Part shown: piece by piece, positions 26,301 through 38,800 of the stretch | Position numbering within the stretch: position 1 is the stretch's first letter | Layout: every line of letters begins with the position of its first letter | DNA from: Takakia lepidozioides | Taxonomy: Eukaryota > Plantae > Bryophyta | Length of the DNA: 64,000 nucleotides | Direction: 5' to 3' | Assembly: GCA_030704615.1 (NCBI GenBank) | Contig: CM060733.1 | Coordinates: 51,832,001-51,896,000 of the forward strand | The notes under the pieces: generated by a model | Told to the model about the DNA's origin: nothing | What the model saw: the letters and a program-made list of their open reading frames with translations, nothing else | Databases searched by the model: none | Program-made: the position numbers and the translations under genes

Positions 26301-29300
26301 TCTCCTCATCTCTGTTATCTGTTTTGGATACTTTCCTGCTGCCACATCGGCAGTTACTTGTCATAGTCATTTCAAACCACCACAGATCCTCCCAACGAGC
26401 TAACTTACAGAATTCAATATGCATCTCAGGGCCGAGTCTAATGAGAGGGCAAAACAGGCTGAAATAGGTCGAAGAAGAAGGTGCCCTCACCACATTGTCC
26501 TTGACAATTCAATATGTAAATTCAAGGCCGAGTCTGATGAGAGGGAAAAACAGGCTGAAATAGGTCGAAGAAGAAGGTGCCCTCACCACATTCTCCAAGG
26601 CCTCCATACCACGCCCCTGCTGTGCACACCCTGCAAGCATCGTGTTCCACGTGATGAAAGATCATTGAGGCGTTCTGTTGAACACTTGGTGAGCATCCAT
26701 GATGCTCCCGCACATAACATACATGTTGACAAGGGTGTTGACTAGAAAAATATTGGCGTGCACTTTGGATAATGTGAGTGTGCACCTGCTTTCTAGCTTC
26801 ACTTGGCCTTTCATCTTGATGCACTTATGCAAGAGACAGACGTACGTATCTGAATCTGCTGAAATGCCTCCTTGGTTTAAAGTCAGTAGAGCCTCTTTCA
26901 GTCTGTCTGCCTCACAAAGCATCTTCACATGCCCATAAGTGCCAGAAGAGGCATTGTGGACTCCCTCTCTTGATCCTCTTCCAGAAGTTGTGGTCATGGT
27001 TGAGGTGCCTGACTTTATCAACTGTGCCGCTGCAGCTGCTGCCTTTGGCGATGCAACCATGCACCTCTTTGCATCTGGTAATCTGACAGGCATTCACTTT
27101 GGTACAATTCCAGCTCTGAAGATGTCGCCATGTGGACCTCTTTCCCCTTTTCCAAAGCTGCCAAGGCAGTGTTCAGATTGACATTTGGTACAATTCCAGC
27201 TTTGATGATATCCCCATGCACCTCTTTGCCTTCTCCAGGCCCGCTGCTAGGCTTGCACAAGCATTGCAAATGCACACAAACATGATGTGCTTCCATTGCT
27301 CATAGGTCTCCAAAGCCTCCATTCCACATCCCTGTTGTGCATACCCTGCAAGCACATCATATCGCACTCCACGACACCACATGTCGTTCAGCCATAGTGT
27401 CGAACACTCCCTTTGCATCCTAGATGCACCCACATTTTGCAAACATGTTCACCAGGGTATTGTTCAGAATGTCATCTGGTTCAATTCCAGCTCTGAAGAT
27501 GTCGCCATGCACATCTTTCCCCATTTCCAAAGCTGCCAGGGCAGTGTTCAGATTGACATTTGGCACAATTCCAGCTTTGATGATATCCCCATGCACCTCT
27601 TGCCCTTCTCCAGGGCTGCCAGGCTTGCACGAGCATTGCAATGCACACAAACATGATGTGCTTCCCCCATCATTTGGTCATAGGTCTCCAAAGCCTCCAT
27701 CCCACGTCCCTGCCGTGCATACCCTACAAGCATCGCACTCCACGACACCACATGTCGTTCAGCCATAGTGTCGAACACTCCCTTTGCATCCTAGATGCAC
27801 CCACATTTTGCAAACATGTTCACCAGGGTATTGTTCAGAATGTCATCTGGTTCAATTCCAGCTCTGAAGATGTCGCCATGCACATCTTTCCCCATTTCCA
27901 AAGCTGCCAGGGCAGTGTTCAGATTGACATTTGGCACAATTCCAGCTTTGATGATATCCCCATGCACCTCTTGCCCTTCTCCAGGGCTGCCAGGCTTGCA
28001 CGAGCATTGCAATGCACACAAACATGATGTGCTTCCCCATCATTTGGTCATAGGTCTCCAAAGCCTCCATCCCACGTCCCTGCCGTGCATACCCTACAAG
28101 CATCGCACTCCACGACACCACATGTCGTTCAGCCATAGTGTCGAACACTCCCTTTGCATCCTAGATGCACCCACATTTTGCAAACATGTTCACCAGGGTA
28201 TTGTTCAGAATGTCATCTGGTTCAATTCCAGCTCTGAAGATGTCGCCATGCACATCTTTCCCCATTTCCAAAGCTGCCAGGGCAGTGTTCAGATTGACAT
28301 TTGGCACAATTCCAGCTTTGATGATATCCCCATGCACCTCTTGCCCTTCTCCAGGGCTGCCAGGCTTGCACGAGCATTGCAATGCACACAAACATGATGT
28401 GCTTCCCCCATCATTTGGTCATAGGTCTCCAAAGCCTCCATCCCACGTCCCTGCCGTGCATACCCTACAAGCATCGCGCTCCACGACACCACATCTCGTT
28501 CAGCCATAGTGTCGAACACTCCCTTTGCATCCTAGATGCACCCACATTTTGCAAACATGTTCACCAGGGTATTGTTCAGAATGTCATCTGGTTCAATTCC
28601 AGCTCTGAAGATGTCGCCATGCACATCTTTCCCCATTTCCAAAGCTGCCAGGGCAGTGTTCAGATTGACATTTGGCACAATTCCAGCTTTGATGATATCC
28701 CCATGCACCTCTTGCCCTTCTCCAGGGCTGCCAGGCTTGCACGAGCATTGCAATGCACACAAACATGATGTGCTTCCCCCATCATTTGGTCATAGGTCTC
28801 CAAAGCCTCCATCCCACGTCCCTGCCGTGCATACCCTACAAGCATCGCGCTCCACGACACCACATCTCGTTCAGCCATAGTGTCGAACACTCCCTTTGCA
28901 TCCTAGATGCACCCACATTTTGCAAACATGTTCACCAGGGTATTGTTCAGAATTGACATCTGGTACAATTCCAACTCTGAAGATGTCGCCATGGACATCT
29001 TTCCCCATTTCCAAAGCTGCCAGGGCAGTGTTCAGATTGACATTTGGCACAATTCCAGCTTTGATGATATCCCCATGCACCTCTTGCCCTTCTGCAAGCC
29101 GGCTACCAGGCTTGCACAAGCATTGCAAATGCATACAAACATGATGTGCTTCCCCCATCATTTGCCTCCATCCCACTTTCCTGCCGTGCATACCCTGCAA
29201 GCATCGCACTCCACGACACCACATGTCGTTCAGCCATAGTGTCGAACACTCCCTTTGCATCCTAGATGCACCCACATTTTGCAAACATGTTCACCAAGGT

Positions 29301-30830
29301 ATTGTTCAGAATGACATCTGGTACAATTCCTACTCTGAAGATGTCGCCATGGACCTCTTTCCCCTTTTCCAAAGCTGCTAGGGCAGTGTTCAGATTGACA
29401 TTTGGCACAATTCCAGCTTTGATGATATCCCCATGTACCTCTTGCCCGTCTCCAGGGCTGCCAGGCTTGCACGAGCATTGTGATGATACCCCATGCACCT
29501 CTTTGCCCTCGTCCAGGCTCGATGCACCACATTTCGCATACATGTCCACCAGGGTATGGTTCAGATTGACATTTGGTACAATTCCAGCTCTGAAGATGTC
29601 GCCATGGACCTCTTTCCCCTTTTCCAGAGCTGCCAGGGCAGTGTTCAGAATGACATTTGGTACAATTCCAGCTTTGATGATATCCCCATGCACCTCTTTG
29701 CCCTTGTCCAGGGCTGCCAGGCTTGCACAAGCATTGCAAATGCACACAAAGTGGCCGGGCTTCACCCCCTCCCCCATCATTGGATCATAGGTCTCCAAAG
29801 CCTCCATCCCACGTCCTGTTGTGCATACCCTGCAAGCATTGCACTCCACAACACCACATCTCGTTTAGCCATAGTGTCGAAAACTCCCTTTGCATCCTCA
29901 ATGCATCCACATTTGGCATACATGTCCAGGTCAGGGCAGTGTTCAAAATGACATCCGGTGCAATTCCAGCTTTGACCGATGTCACCATGGACCTCGTTCC
30001 CCTTTTCCAGGCTTGCACATGCATTGCAAACACATACAAACACGATGTGGTTGGGCTTCACCCCTTCGCGCATTTGCTCACAGGTCTCCAAAGCATTCGT
30101 ACCACGCCCATGCTTGGTAATCCTGCCAACATTATATTCCACGTGATTAAAGATCGTTGAGGCATTCTGTGTTGAACACTTGCTCCCCTTAACATACACG
30201 TTGACAAGGTTGTTGAGTAGAAAAACGTTCGGCGTGAATCCACTTTGGACAATGTGAGTGTGCACCTGCTTTTCCAACTTCTAGGCCTTTCATCTTGATG
30301 CACTTATGCAAGAGACACACATACGTATCTACATCTGCTGAAATGCCTCTGTTTAAAATCTGTAGAGCCTCTTTCAGTCTGCCTGCCTCATAAAGCATCT
30401 TCACATGCCCATAAGTGCCAGAAGAGGAATTGTGGACTCCCTCTCTTGATCCTCTTCCAGAAGCTGTGGTCATGGTTGAGGTGCCTGATTTTATCAACTA
30501 TGCCGCTACAGCTGCCGCTTCCAGCTGACCATGTACCCATGGAGGTTTCTTGTAGCTATCCTTCCACAGGCATCCATGGGTAATCTGGAGCTTGAAATCT
30601 GACCCTCTTGGATGAATATGGACCCACACTCTATCCTGCTCCTTCAGCTATCACTGCCTCTGCCTCTGCACAAATCATGCATACATCCTTGCCTTATTGC
30701 CAATGCGATCATCGCACTCCACGACACCACATCTCGTTGAGCCACAGTCGAACACTACCTTCGCATCTTCAATGCTCCCGCATTCAGCATACATGTCCAC
30801 CAGGGCGGTGTTCAGAACGACAAACCCTAC
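23340..30830 (-). pseudogene. Cluster of decayed PLS-class PPR genes with N-terminal OSB-type PDF motifs
   Basis: PPR motifs such as TLVNLYVNCGSIMDA, NVVSWNAMLAGYAQQGHGMEAL and CNACASLAALDKGKEVHGDIIKAG (ORFs 25228-25860, 26662-27093, 29262-29849, 29777-30497). PDF motifs GPDFKHKITYDSLWINSYKKPA*V (23343-23420), PRGPDFKLQITCDSMWINSYKKPKWVDGQL (~25975-26060) and EKLWNEY..DPSQWWNN (~24935-24985). Many stops and frameshifts. Confidence 0.9.
27301..29290. repeat. 370/371-bp tandem amplification of a PPR segment (~5 copies, central four nearly identical)
   Basis: Anchor CATAGGTCTCCAAAGCC at 27301, 27679, 28049, 28420 and 28791; near-identical ORFs recur at 27424, 27795, 28165 and 28536. Confidence 0.95.
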
Positions 30831-31981
30831 AAGCTGGACCATGGATCTTCCATGTCACTTCCAGGTGGAGGCAGTACATATTAAAATATCTATTCCCCCA
30901 AGGCCACATTTTCTTTACCTGTTCTTGTGAAACACACGTCAGCAAATGTGGCCCCGAATCACGGGTGCAATCAATGCGCAGTGGTTCATGGAGTCGTTGA
31001 GTCGACTACATATTCACTTTAATGAATAAAAATCTTTATTCCATTAATCAAATTATGAATGAAAATTTCTAGTCGCATGTGCAGTAATTAGAACCACTTG
31101 GAATTTCCGTTTTTTCAAATTTTATGTATCTCCGTAATTAATTAAATAGCCCGGATTTTTGCTACAACTCCGGTGTCGTTGACCCCACTTCTGCCCGCCG
31201 TCTGAAATAACCCCGTGGGCCCACATTGTCCATTTCGACTCTCCAGTAGTCCCGCTTACTGCCAAGTGGTTCTCGGAGTGGTTGGCAGACACCCAGTCGA
31301 TTCGGAAAAGACACGAATGCTTCTAGTGGCACCACCATTGCGATGCATAGTTCAGTTCGTTTTTGCATTGTTAGAGTTGAAAACTGGTAGAGCCAGCGGA
31401 GTATGCCCTGCATTTTAAGATGTCGTTGACAACAGCTTAATCTACAAGCACATCCTCACTGCCTTACCCTCCTCTCTGTTTCCAACATGCTCCGATGCAG
31501 TGCCAAATTAAGGTGTCGCCAACACAAGCTTAAAATGGGCCTGATTTGTCGATCAAACAATGGGTGATGTTTTGCAGAGGAAACGTAAGAAAGCCTGGGA
31601 GAGTCTCCGTGAGTTACCAGCCGAGAAGAACGCAGCAGACCAGAACTCTGAATTGGTCGTCAACGTGGTGAATGAGGAGGAGGTGCCAAGGGTTCAGTCT
31701 CCGCAGCGGGTTGTGGCTATAGAGGAGCAGCCAGTGGACACACAAACACGAGTGAAGGGGAAGACACAAGTGCAAGGAACAATGCGACCTGCGGAGAAGG
31801 GGTCTTCCAGTGGCCGTCCAAAGCCTGCTAAGGTATGTTCTAGGTTGCCCATTCCCATCTGTGAGGGTTCCTGTGAATCAGAAAAGAGGTCCATAAGTTC
31901 GAAGCCTGCCATGGTTTTTTGAAGCATAGAAGACAAGGCTGGTTGGTATTTCAGATACTTTCATAAGAACTAGAGGAGGCT

Positions 31982-32392
31982 GATTAAGGCATCGTTGACG
32001 ATACCTTAATCTGGTCAGCCATTCACATATTGAGGGTTTCTTTCAAACATAGAGGAACACGATTAAAGCACAAGTTTTCGCTTCATGAGTGGACTCTGAA
32101 GCAGAATGAAGAATGCAGATTAAGGCATCGTTGACGATACCTTAATCTGGTCTGCTATTCCCAGGGTTTCTTCGAAACAGAGATGAACAGGCTTACTATT
32201 AGGCATACACGCTGGTGAGGGTTTCTGAAGCAAAATGAAACATGCAGATTAAGACATCGTTGACGACACTTTAATATAGTCTGTCATTCCCGGTTTGAGG
32301 GTTTGAGTGGTGGGTAGTCTGCACAGTGAGGAAATAGCTAAAACAGAAATGAGGAGGGGAATTAAGGCATCGTTGACGACACCTTAATCTGG
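31982..32392. repeat. Four copies of the hairpin GATTAAGGCATCGT-TG-ACGATACCTTAATC at 113-136 bp spacing
   Basis: Copies at 31982, 32118, 32247 and 32361; weaker copies at ~31415 and ~31508. Confidence 0.85.
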
Positions 32393-33085
32393 AAGTGGGA
32401 ATCCGTTTAGCGAATACTTTGATGCAGAGAGGAACTAGATCAGGAGTGGACAGAATACACATTCAGTGGCTGTATTCTTTTGAAATATGGAGGACGTAAA
32501 ATGTACGTAGAGGCATAGTTTGAGGCAGTGATGAAAAGTATTAGGGCTGGATAGTCTGCCTAGGGAGGAAACGTTGGAAACCAAAAACATGAGTGGTATT
32601 AAGGATGCCTAGAAACCGGGGAATGCTCGAGGGTCGCCATTCAATCGGAGATGAACCCGATATTAGATGTCGACCGCGTTACAAAGGAGCGGGACATTGC
32701 CATGGCAACTACATGGCGCTTGTCCAAAACGCTGGAGATTCAGGCATGGGTCCCATTGAATGACGATTGGGAGAATTGGGTTCAATGGGCGACCCATTTG
32801 GCCTCCAGATAAGCACAGATAGAGCGGGCACTGTCAGGCTTGCAACGTATCGCGCACAGGTCGAACCGTAGCGTGGATAGCATTTATGCCAGCATGCAAA
32901 TGTATAACGATCTCCACATCGCATCAAGCGTGTTCGCCGGGTATACCAATTGGGCAGATGTGGATTCTATGTTCGATCAATGTGAGCACATAATTTTGGG
33001 GTCGAACAGAAGCATAAACTGGGAATTGGAGATAGAGGAAAAGTGAAACACCACAACAAGGATGACCAGCCACATCAATGCCTCG

Positions 33086-33267
33086 TAATGCAATGCTTCT
33101 CCATGTCCACTTTATCCAATATGTTAATATTCTCCATCTGGAACAGATCCACATATGTTTGCAGAAATCCTTAAAAAAACAAATGACCATCTCAACTTTT
33201 ATAAGCCTCATCCCCAGCTTCCAGTTTTGATGGTCATTTGTTTTTTGAAGTTATATACGCATGTGTG
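33086..33267. repeat. ~180-bp dispersed repeat with an internal inverted repeat (MITE-like), copy 1
   Basis: Homologous to 48673-48854; arms CTTAAAAAAACAAATGACCATC and GATGGTCATTTGTTTTTTGAAG. Confidence 0.75.
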
Positions 33268-33282
33268 GCTAAACACTCGTCG

Positions 33283-33816
33283 TTATGTTGTCTCAACGTC
33301 TTTTCTGGATTTTCGGACTTGGGTTTTTTTTCCTGCTAGCTCCCAACACTCCGGTATTCTAGAATCGCCAACAATCCTACAGTGACGGACCTTAGCATAC
33401 CCTCCTTCTTTGTAAGGGTCAATTTCTACCACCTTCGCACTAGAGTTCAGGTAATAAAGACCAGTTGTGCCTCCCCCGCCCGATGACCCCGCCTTCCAAG
33501 GGACAACCCTAGTCCGGCGATATGAATTCTGACTTGCTGAGCAAGCCCAATACTCAACACGCCGCATTAACTCAGCTTCGGCGGAGGGCACTTGACCCTC
33601 GGTTGTTCTACTCTTCCATGTCTTTATTAGCTGTCTCAAATTCCACGTGGCGTATTTCGCCCTGCTTTGGATCCACCGATTGAACTTCGGCTTGTCCCTG
33701 TCCGACGTCCACTTAGCCCCCGCCAAAGCATTTGTCATTTTCATCTCCATATTTTGCTGAAAAATCTGAAATCCCTCCCATCCATGCCTAACATAAGCAC
33801 TCTCCAGCCTTATCAT
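33283..33816 (-). pseudogene. Truncated protein-kinase-like ORF (N-lobe start only)
   Basis: KEGGYAKVRHC resembles the Gly-rich loop and ELAGKK the subdomain II Lys; the ORF ends beside the MITE-like repeat and no HRD/DFG motif is seen. Confidence 0.45.
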
Positions 33817-34581
33817 GTCCCTACCCTTGAAAATCCACTACCACTTCTTTCACCCTATCCAAGGCATCCGGTCCCGGGTAGTCTGGCTTGTTGACCTGGC
33901 TATCCCGCTCGTGGGCACGTTTTCTCTTCCTCCGCCTCCCAGACGACCTCGCCCCAGAACTTGAATTCACAACCCCCGACATTGTATAAACCTTTGCCCA
34001 CTACAGGGCCAAAACCTCATAAAATGACAATGAACGCGTGTGGATGGTGTCTTCATAGTTTTCTGCAAAAAAATAGGCCGCCGGAGATCCGGAAACGGCA
34101 AAATGGTGATACGATGATTGTACCGTGAACAAGTGTGTGGGACTGACCAATAGAAAACCAACAAAACGCACCTCCCGTTGGCAGTGCCAAACAACGAAGT
34201 TCGAAAGGACTACATGATGCTAAGGAACCGCACCACAAGAGGGGCAAAAGTGATCAGAAAAGGAGGGGGGAATGATTTATATATGCGCCCATCAGCGGCC
34301 CCCCCCCCAAAAAAAATGGCATTATGCTTGAAAAGGTGCGACAGGCCACTGGCACCTCGCCACGTGTCAGCGCAGCGCGACTGGCCAGTCGCACCACGCC
34401 ACGCGCACCCACATGGGACAGGTCAAGGGTTCAAAACCACCTCCCCCTATCCCATTTGTTTCGTTTTTCCTGACCCATGGCACCTCGCCATGTGGCTGGT
34501 CGAGGCGCCGTTTCATGATTAAAAATTAAAAACAAACGGCCACACGGCGGGTCCCTGGATTTCTAAGAAAAAAAAAAACAC

Positions 34582-34850
34582 GCGACCGCCGCATGGCGGT
34601 CGCTATATTTGTAAAATCAAGAAGAGCGACCGCCACATGGCCAATATAGGCGGTCGCTTATTTTAAAATGTAATAAATTACAAACGACCGTCAATATGGG
34701 CGGTCGCTTCATTTAAAAATAAATAAATTACCGGTGACCGCCAATACTGGCGGTCGTTTAATTTAACAAAATATTAAATTACAAGCGACCGCCAATATGG
34801 GCGGTCGCTTTTATTAAAAATCATAAATTATATGTGACCGCCAATATAGG
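34582..34850. repeat. Six GC hairpins GCGACCGCC-(4-15 nt)-GGCGGTCGC separated by AT-rich spacers (probable TE subterminal repeats)
   Basis: Copies at ~34582, 34626, 34685, 34734, 34785 and 34834 (last is a half copy), period ~50 bp. Confidence 0.85.
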
Positions 34851-35299
34851 TGGACACATTTAAAAAAAAAGAATTAATAAACATTAATAATTGGCCACGT
34901 CTGTTTTACACTGTGGCTGCCATGTCATTACAAATCTGCCACTGCCATTGACAATGTTATTTTTAATAAGGGTGGCCTCTCATGAGGCATTTCCCTCACT
35001 GAAATTCTCAACACAATTGTCATAATCAGTTTTCACATATGTGGTTCAAGTACTGAAAAACAACAGAGTTGGGGGTAGTGAGAAGAGCTGGCACAAGCAG
35101 AGAGAGGCAAAGGTGTTGGTCTACACCAAGTTATATTTTTGAAATTGCGTTGCAGGCAGTTCCCAGTATACTGGATTTATGGAAGAACATTTCTAGCTGC
35201 AGCTCATGCACTCACACCCACCAGTTGTTGCATCTATCTAGGGCTCTCTCCTTGAGGTTCAGACATCCCTGACATCGCATACAACATTGAAAGGGATCA

Positions 35300-37086
35300 A
35301 TTGGCACCAAGCCTCGGGCATGAGGTTGTCCTAATATACTTGCAGGTGGGAATATTACCCTTCACAACCCAACACACCCAACCTAGTTGACCCTGCCAGA
35401 CGCACCAATGCACCATTCATTCCCACACGGAGGTTCTTAATGTTCCAAAACCTGCCAACCTCATATATAACAAGTGGTTCATCATATGAGAGCATGCGAA
35501 AACCACTCTGTAACACTTATTAGAACACAGACATGAAAATTTCAGGGTGGAATGCATGGTAAGAGACAACCCAGTAACTTGCAACACTAGAGGAGTTAAA
35601 ACCATGCTACCGGCAGGTCCTTTGTCTTCCTTACCAAACTGATACTTCCTGCTCCCTACCCCAATGGGCCCCTTCTGCACATTGCATAATAACGTGCATT
35701 GGGCACAATATATGTAGTCATAAGCCTATGGTAAAACCAATTAAATGACTATAATTTATCCCCCTCTTAGTGAGCTTCCTTACTCAATAGAGCTGAGCAC
35801 AAGCATCTTGAGAGGAATCTTCCATAAGTGGTCTTGAACTTCAAGCACTTTCTTCTCGTGACACCAAGGCTTCAAGCAGTCGTATAAGGCAAGCTTAATC
35901 ATGACGCATTCATCAACCAGGGATATGGAGTTCCTGTGGTTTGCACGGGCACATGTTAGTCCACCAATGACTTCAAAGAGCAATCCTCTATATTTGTAAA
36001 CAGGTTCCATAAATCAAATGCACCAAATCTGCAGCAAGTGAGACTAGATTATGCACTTCACATGCTAAGGCTCTCAAACGAAGATGGCCCTTTTAGTGGT
36101 ACTCAAATACCTGCACGCGCTCGAGCTGCCAAAGTTTGAAAGACCCACTCAGGTAAGGATTATCCCAGCATGACCTCATAAGCTGCCTGACATATGGCAC
36201 TGGCTACCAACACTCCAACTGCTTCACTTGCCAGTTTTGACTGACTCCATTTGAACCCGTGCACACAGTCACTTCCGCCTTCGTCCGTTGTGTCGAAGCT
36301 CCACCATAACAGAACTGCCCACTACTGACTGCGAACAGTTTCATCATACCCAATATGTATCTCCGAGGAATAGCATATAAAGGGCGTTGAAAAGAGTTCC
36401 CGGTTGTATCACCTCTACATGTTTGCGAAGTATGCCAGTTCTGTTGGCAATGGTGTGGTTGGAAAGCTCCAAAATTCTCAATCCATCTACCAATGATCCT
36501 TGTACAAACCCATGAGCCTCCCAGCATTCGGTCAATTGAAATTTTGTCTTTGCCTCATGTTGCACTCGTGCGAAAGGAAGCAGATGCTCACCTTTATACA
36601 GCTCAAGCCCCATGCAAGCACACTGCTCCACCAGTTTACGAGTAGAACCTTTGCTTCCTAACCTCGCCATATCAAGCAGTGAGTTTCCACCACCCTGCAT
36701 GGTATTAGAGAGAATATCTTCTATGTGGGCAGCAGAGGCTTGAAATGCTTTCATTATGGCATCCTCCACGTTAGTCACTTTTTTGGTGAAGCTCGTCAGG
36801 TCAACGACAGATCTACCAAAGCATTGATCAAAATCCACTTTCATGGATGATTAGGCATCGCATCTGCTCCACAGTCTGATACATTGCCCTTTCAAGACAC
36901 TCAATGTTGACAGCGCGCAGCATATTCTGCCTCTACTTTGAGTCCAAGGGCACAAGGAAATCGGGCAGCCCTGCACTGAAGCCTTGCAATGATAGGTAGG
37001 TATGTAGAATGCGTTTGGCTGACTTTTAACAACTCTAGGGCTCCTCTTCGCCCCACCTGATCACAAAGGGCAACAATGACACTGGA
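35300..37086 (-). pseudogene. RNA polymerase IV/V largest-subunit (NRPD1/NRPE1-like) fragment, downstream part
   Basis: NSLLDMARLGSKGS.RKLVEQCACMGL, GFVQGSLVDGL, ILRKHVEVIQPGTLF, ASEAVGVLVASAICQAAY; probable introns ~36029-36110 and ~35675-35783; stops and frameshifts. Confidence 0.82.
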
Positions 37087-37848
37087 CAAGGAAAATGTGG
37101 CGAGGCAAGCCCCTATGACATAACACAAACCCTGACTATTCCAAAGAGAGTCACCAGCTAGAACTGCTAGAGGTTGCAGAAGTATGAAGACGGAACCCAA
37201 AGCCAGGAGCTGTCCAGGGGAACAGGTGTTGTCAGGATAGTAAGAGACGTGGTTCACCTGTCGCTTTGCCAGCACCCACCAGCTGGAGATATGTGATATA
37301 GTTCACCGGTGCCTCCGAAATGGAGATTTGGTGTATGCCAATGGGCCACCATCAGTCCATGCGCACTCTCCAATGGCCTAACAAGTGGTGTTACACTCAG
37401 GTATCGTGCTGACGATAAATCCAATGATTTGCCCTCCATACAATGCAGATTTTGATGGGGACATTCTTTCACCTTTTCGTTCCACAATCACTGGAAGCCA
37501 TGGCTGAACTACAAGAGCTGATGACACTGCAACAGCAAACGATCAGTTCCCAAGGAGGGCAGCCGCTACTTGGACTTAGCCAGGATACTCTGCTTGCTGC
37601 TCACTTGATAACTAGCACTAAGGTGCTATTGGACAAAGTTCGTTTAGTGCAACAGTTGGCTATGTGGGCATCGGTCCCACTGCTAGAAGAAACTATCGTC
37701 AAATCGCCTGAAGGAGGCCCTTTCTGGACTAGAGTTCAAATGTATGTGTTGACATTGCCAGCAAGTCTTGACCGAATCAGCTGATGACAAGGTTCTCATC
37801 AGGAATGGCGAGATTTGAAGTGCACCGACTCCAAATGGCTGCAAGGAG
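37087..37848 (+). pseudogene. NRPD1/NRPE1-like fragment with the catalytic metal-A loop, inverted relative to the rest
   Basis: TQTLTIPKRVT, VHRCLRNGDLVYANGPPSVHAHS, INPMICPPYNADFDGD (~37414-37462), then a 1-nt frameshift into FHLFVPQSLEAMAELQELM..SSQGGQPLLGLSQD. Confidence 0.9.
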
Positions 37849-37849
37849 G

Positions 37850-38800
37850 TTGCCGCTGCTATTTCCAGTTGACCATCTACCCACGCCGATTTCTTGTAGC
37901 TACTGATCCATAGGGAATCAGAAGTAATGTTGGGTTTGAAATCCGGCCCTCTTGGATGAATCTGGACCTCTATCCCTGGTCCTTCCCCTGCCTATGTACA
38001 AATCATGAATACATTGGAGGCAAAGCTCCTAGCAGCTGACACTGACGGCGTGAAGTTCTTCCAGCGAACACCCCAACCCTACTTATTACGGTGGTTCCAA
38101 TTCTGAATTGCACATGCTTCTCACCGTAGTCCAACGAGCATTCACCTTTTTATCTTCATTGTCCCACCATTGACTGGGGTTGGACAAGTGTTCATTGCAA
38201 TGCTTCTCCTCATGTCTGTTATCTGTTTTGGGATACTTTCATGCTGCCACATCGGCATAATCTTGTCTAATTCACCCCAAACCACCACATATCCACCCAA
38301 CAAGGCACCTTACAGAATTCAATATGCATCTCAGGGCCGAATCTGATGAGAGGGGAAAACAGGCTGAAATAGGTTGAAGAAGAAGGTGCCCTCACCACAT
38401 TGTCCTCGACATTGTGTCATGACTCATGGAGGATTTGACTGACCATCAACCCAAAAGGAGCTCTTGTGTGTGCTGCTTGTGTGTGTAGTCAAAGTGTGCC
38501 GTTGCTACTGCTTCCAGTTGACCATCTACCATTCAGGTTTGTTGGAGGTATCAATCCACTGGGAATCAGGGTACTCTACCTTGTTCTTGAAATCTGCCCC
38601 TCTCGGCTGAATCTGGACCCACAATCCATCCCTGCCACTTCAACTGTCCCTTTGCACACTCAAGCAAGCGCAACAAACGTGAGAGAGATCCAGCTTGTGA
38701 TCGCCTGCTTGCACCATTTGCTCATACGTCTCCAAAGCTTTAGTTGTAGGGTTGCCATGCATGCACGCGCATTGCAAATGCGCACAAATGTGACATGATT
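37850..38800 (-). pseudogene. PDF-motif module paralogous to 23340-26600, with a short PPR remnant
   Basis: IHPRGPDFKPNITSDSLWISSYKKSAWVDGQLE (~37862-37962) and QPRGADFKNK..DSQWIDTSNKPEW (~38525-38610); nucleotide similarity to 24070-24650; KALETYEQMVQAG at ~38705-38745. Confidence 0.8.

Noticed and set aside
27381-29951. Plus-strand repeated ORFs (MHPHFANMF..., MHTNMMCF...)
   Set aside because: Antisense shadows of the minus-strand PPR repeats.
34582-34850. CRISPR-like hairpin/spacer array or rho-independent terminators
   Set aside because: Spacers are related AT-rich sequences; the pattern fits TE subterminal repeats in eukaryotic DNA.
37414-37462. Functional RNA polymerase gene, or a bacterial/plastid rpoC
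   Set aside because: Stops and a frameshift surround NADFDGD, and flanking motifs (FVPQS, SSQGGQPLLGL, QPGTLF) are of the Pol IV/V type.
35300-37848. LINE-mediated retrocopy with twin-priming 5' inversion
   Set aside because: The geometry fits, but probable GT-AG introns remain (~36029-36110, ~35675-35783) and no poly(A) tail or TSD was found.
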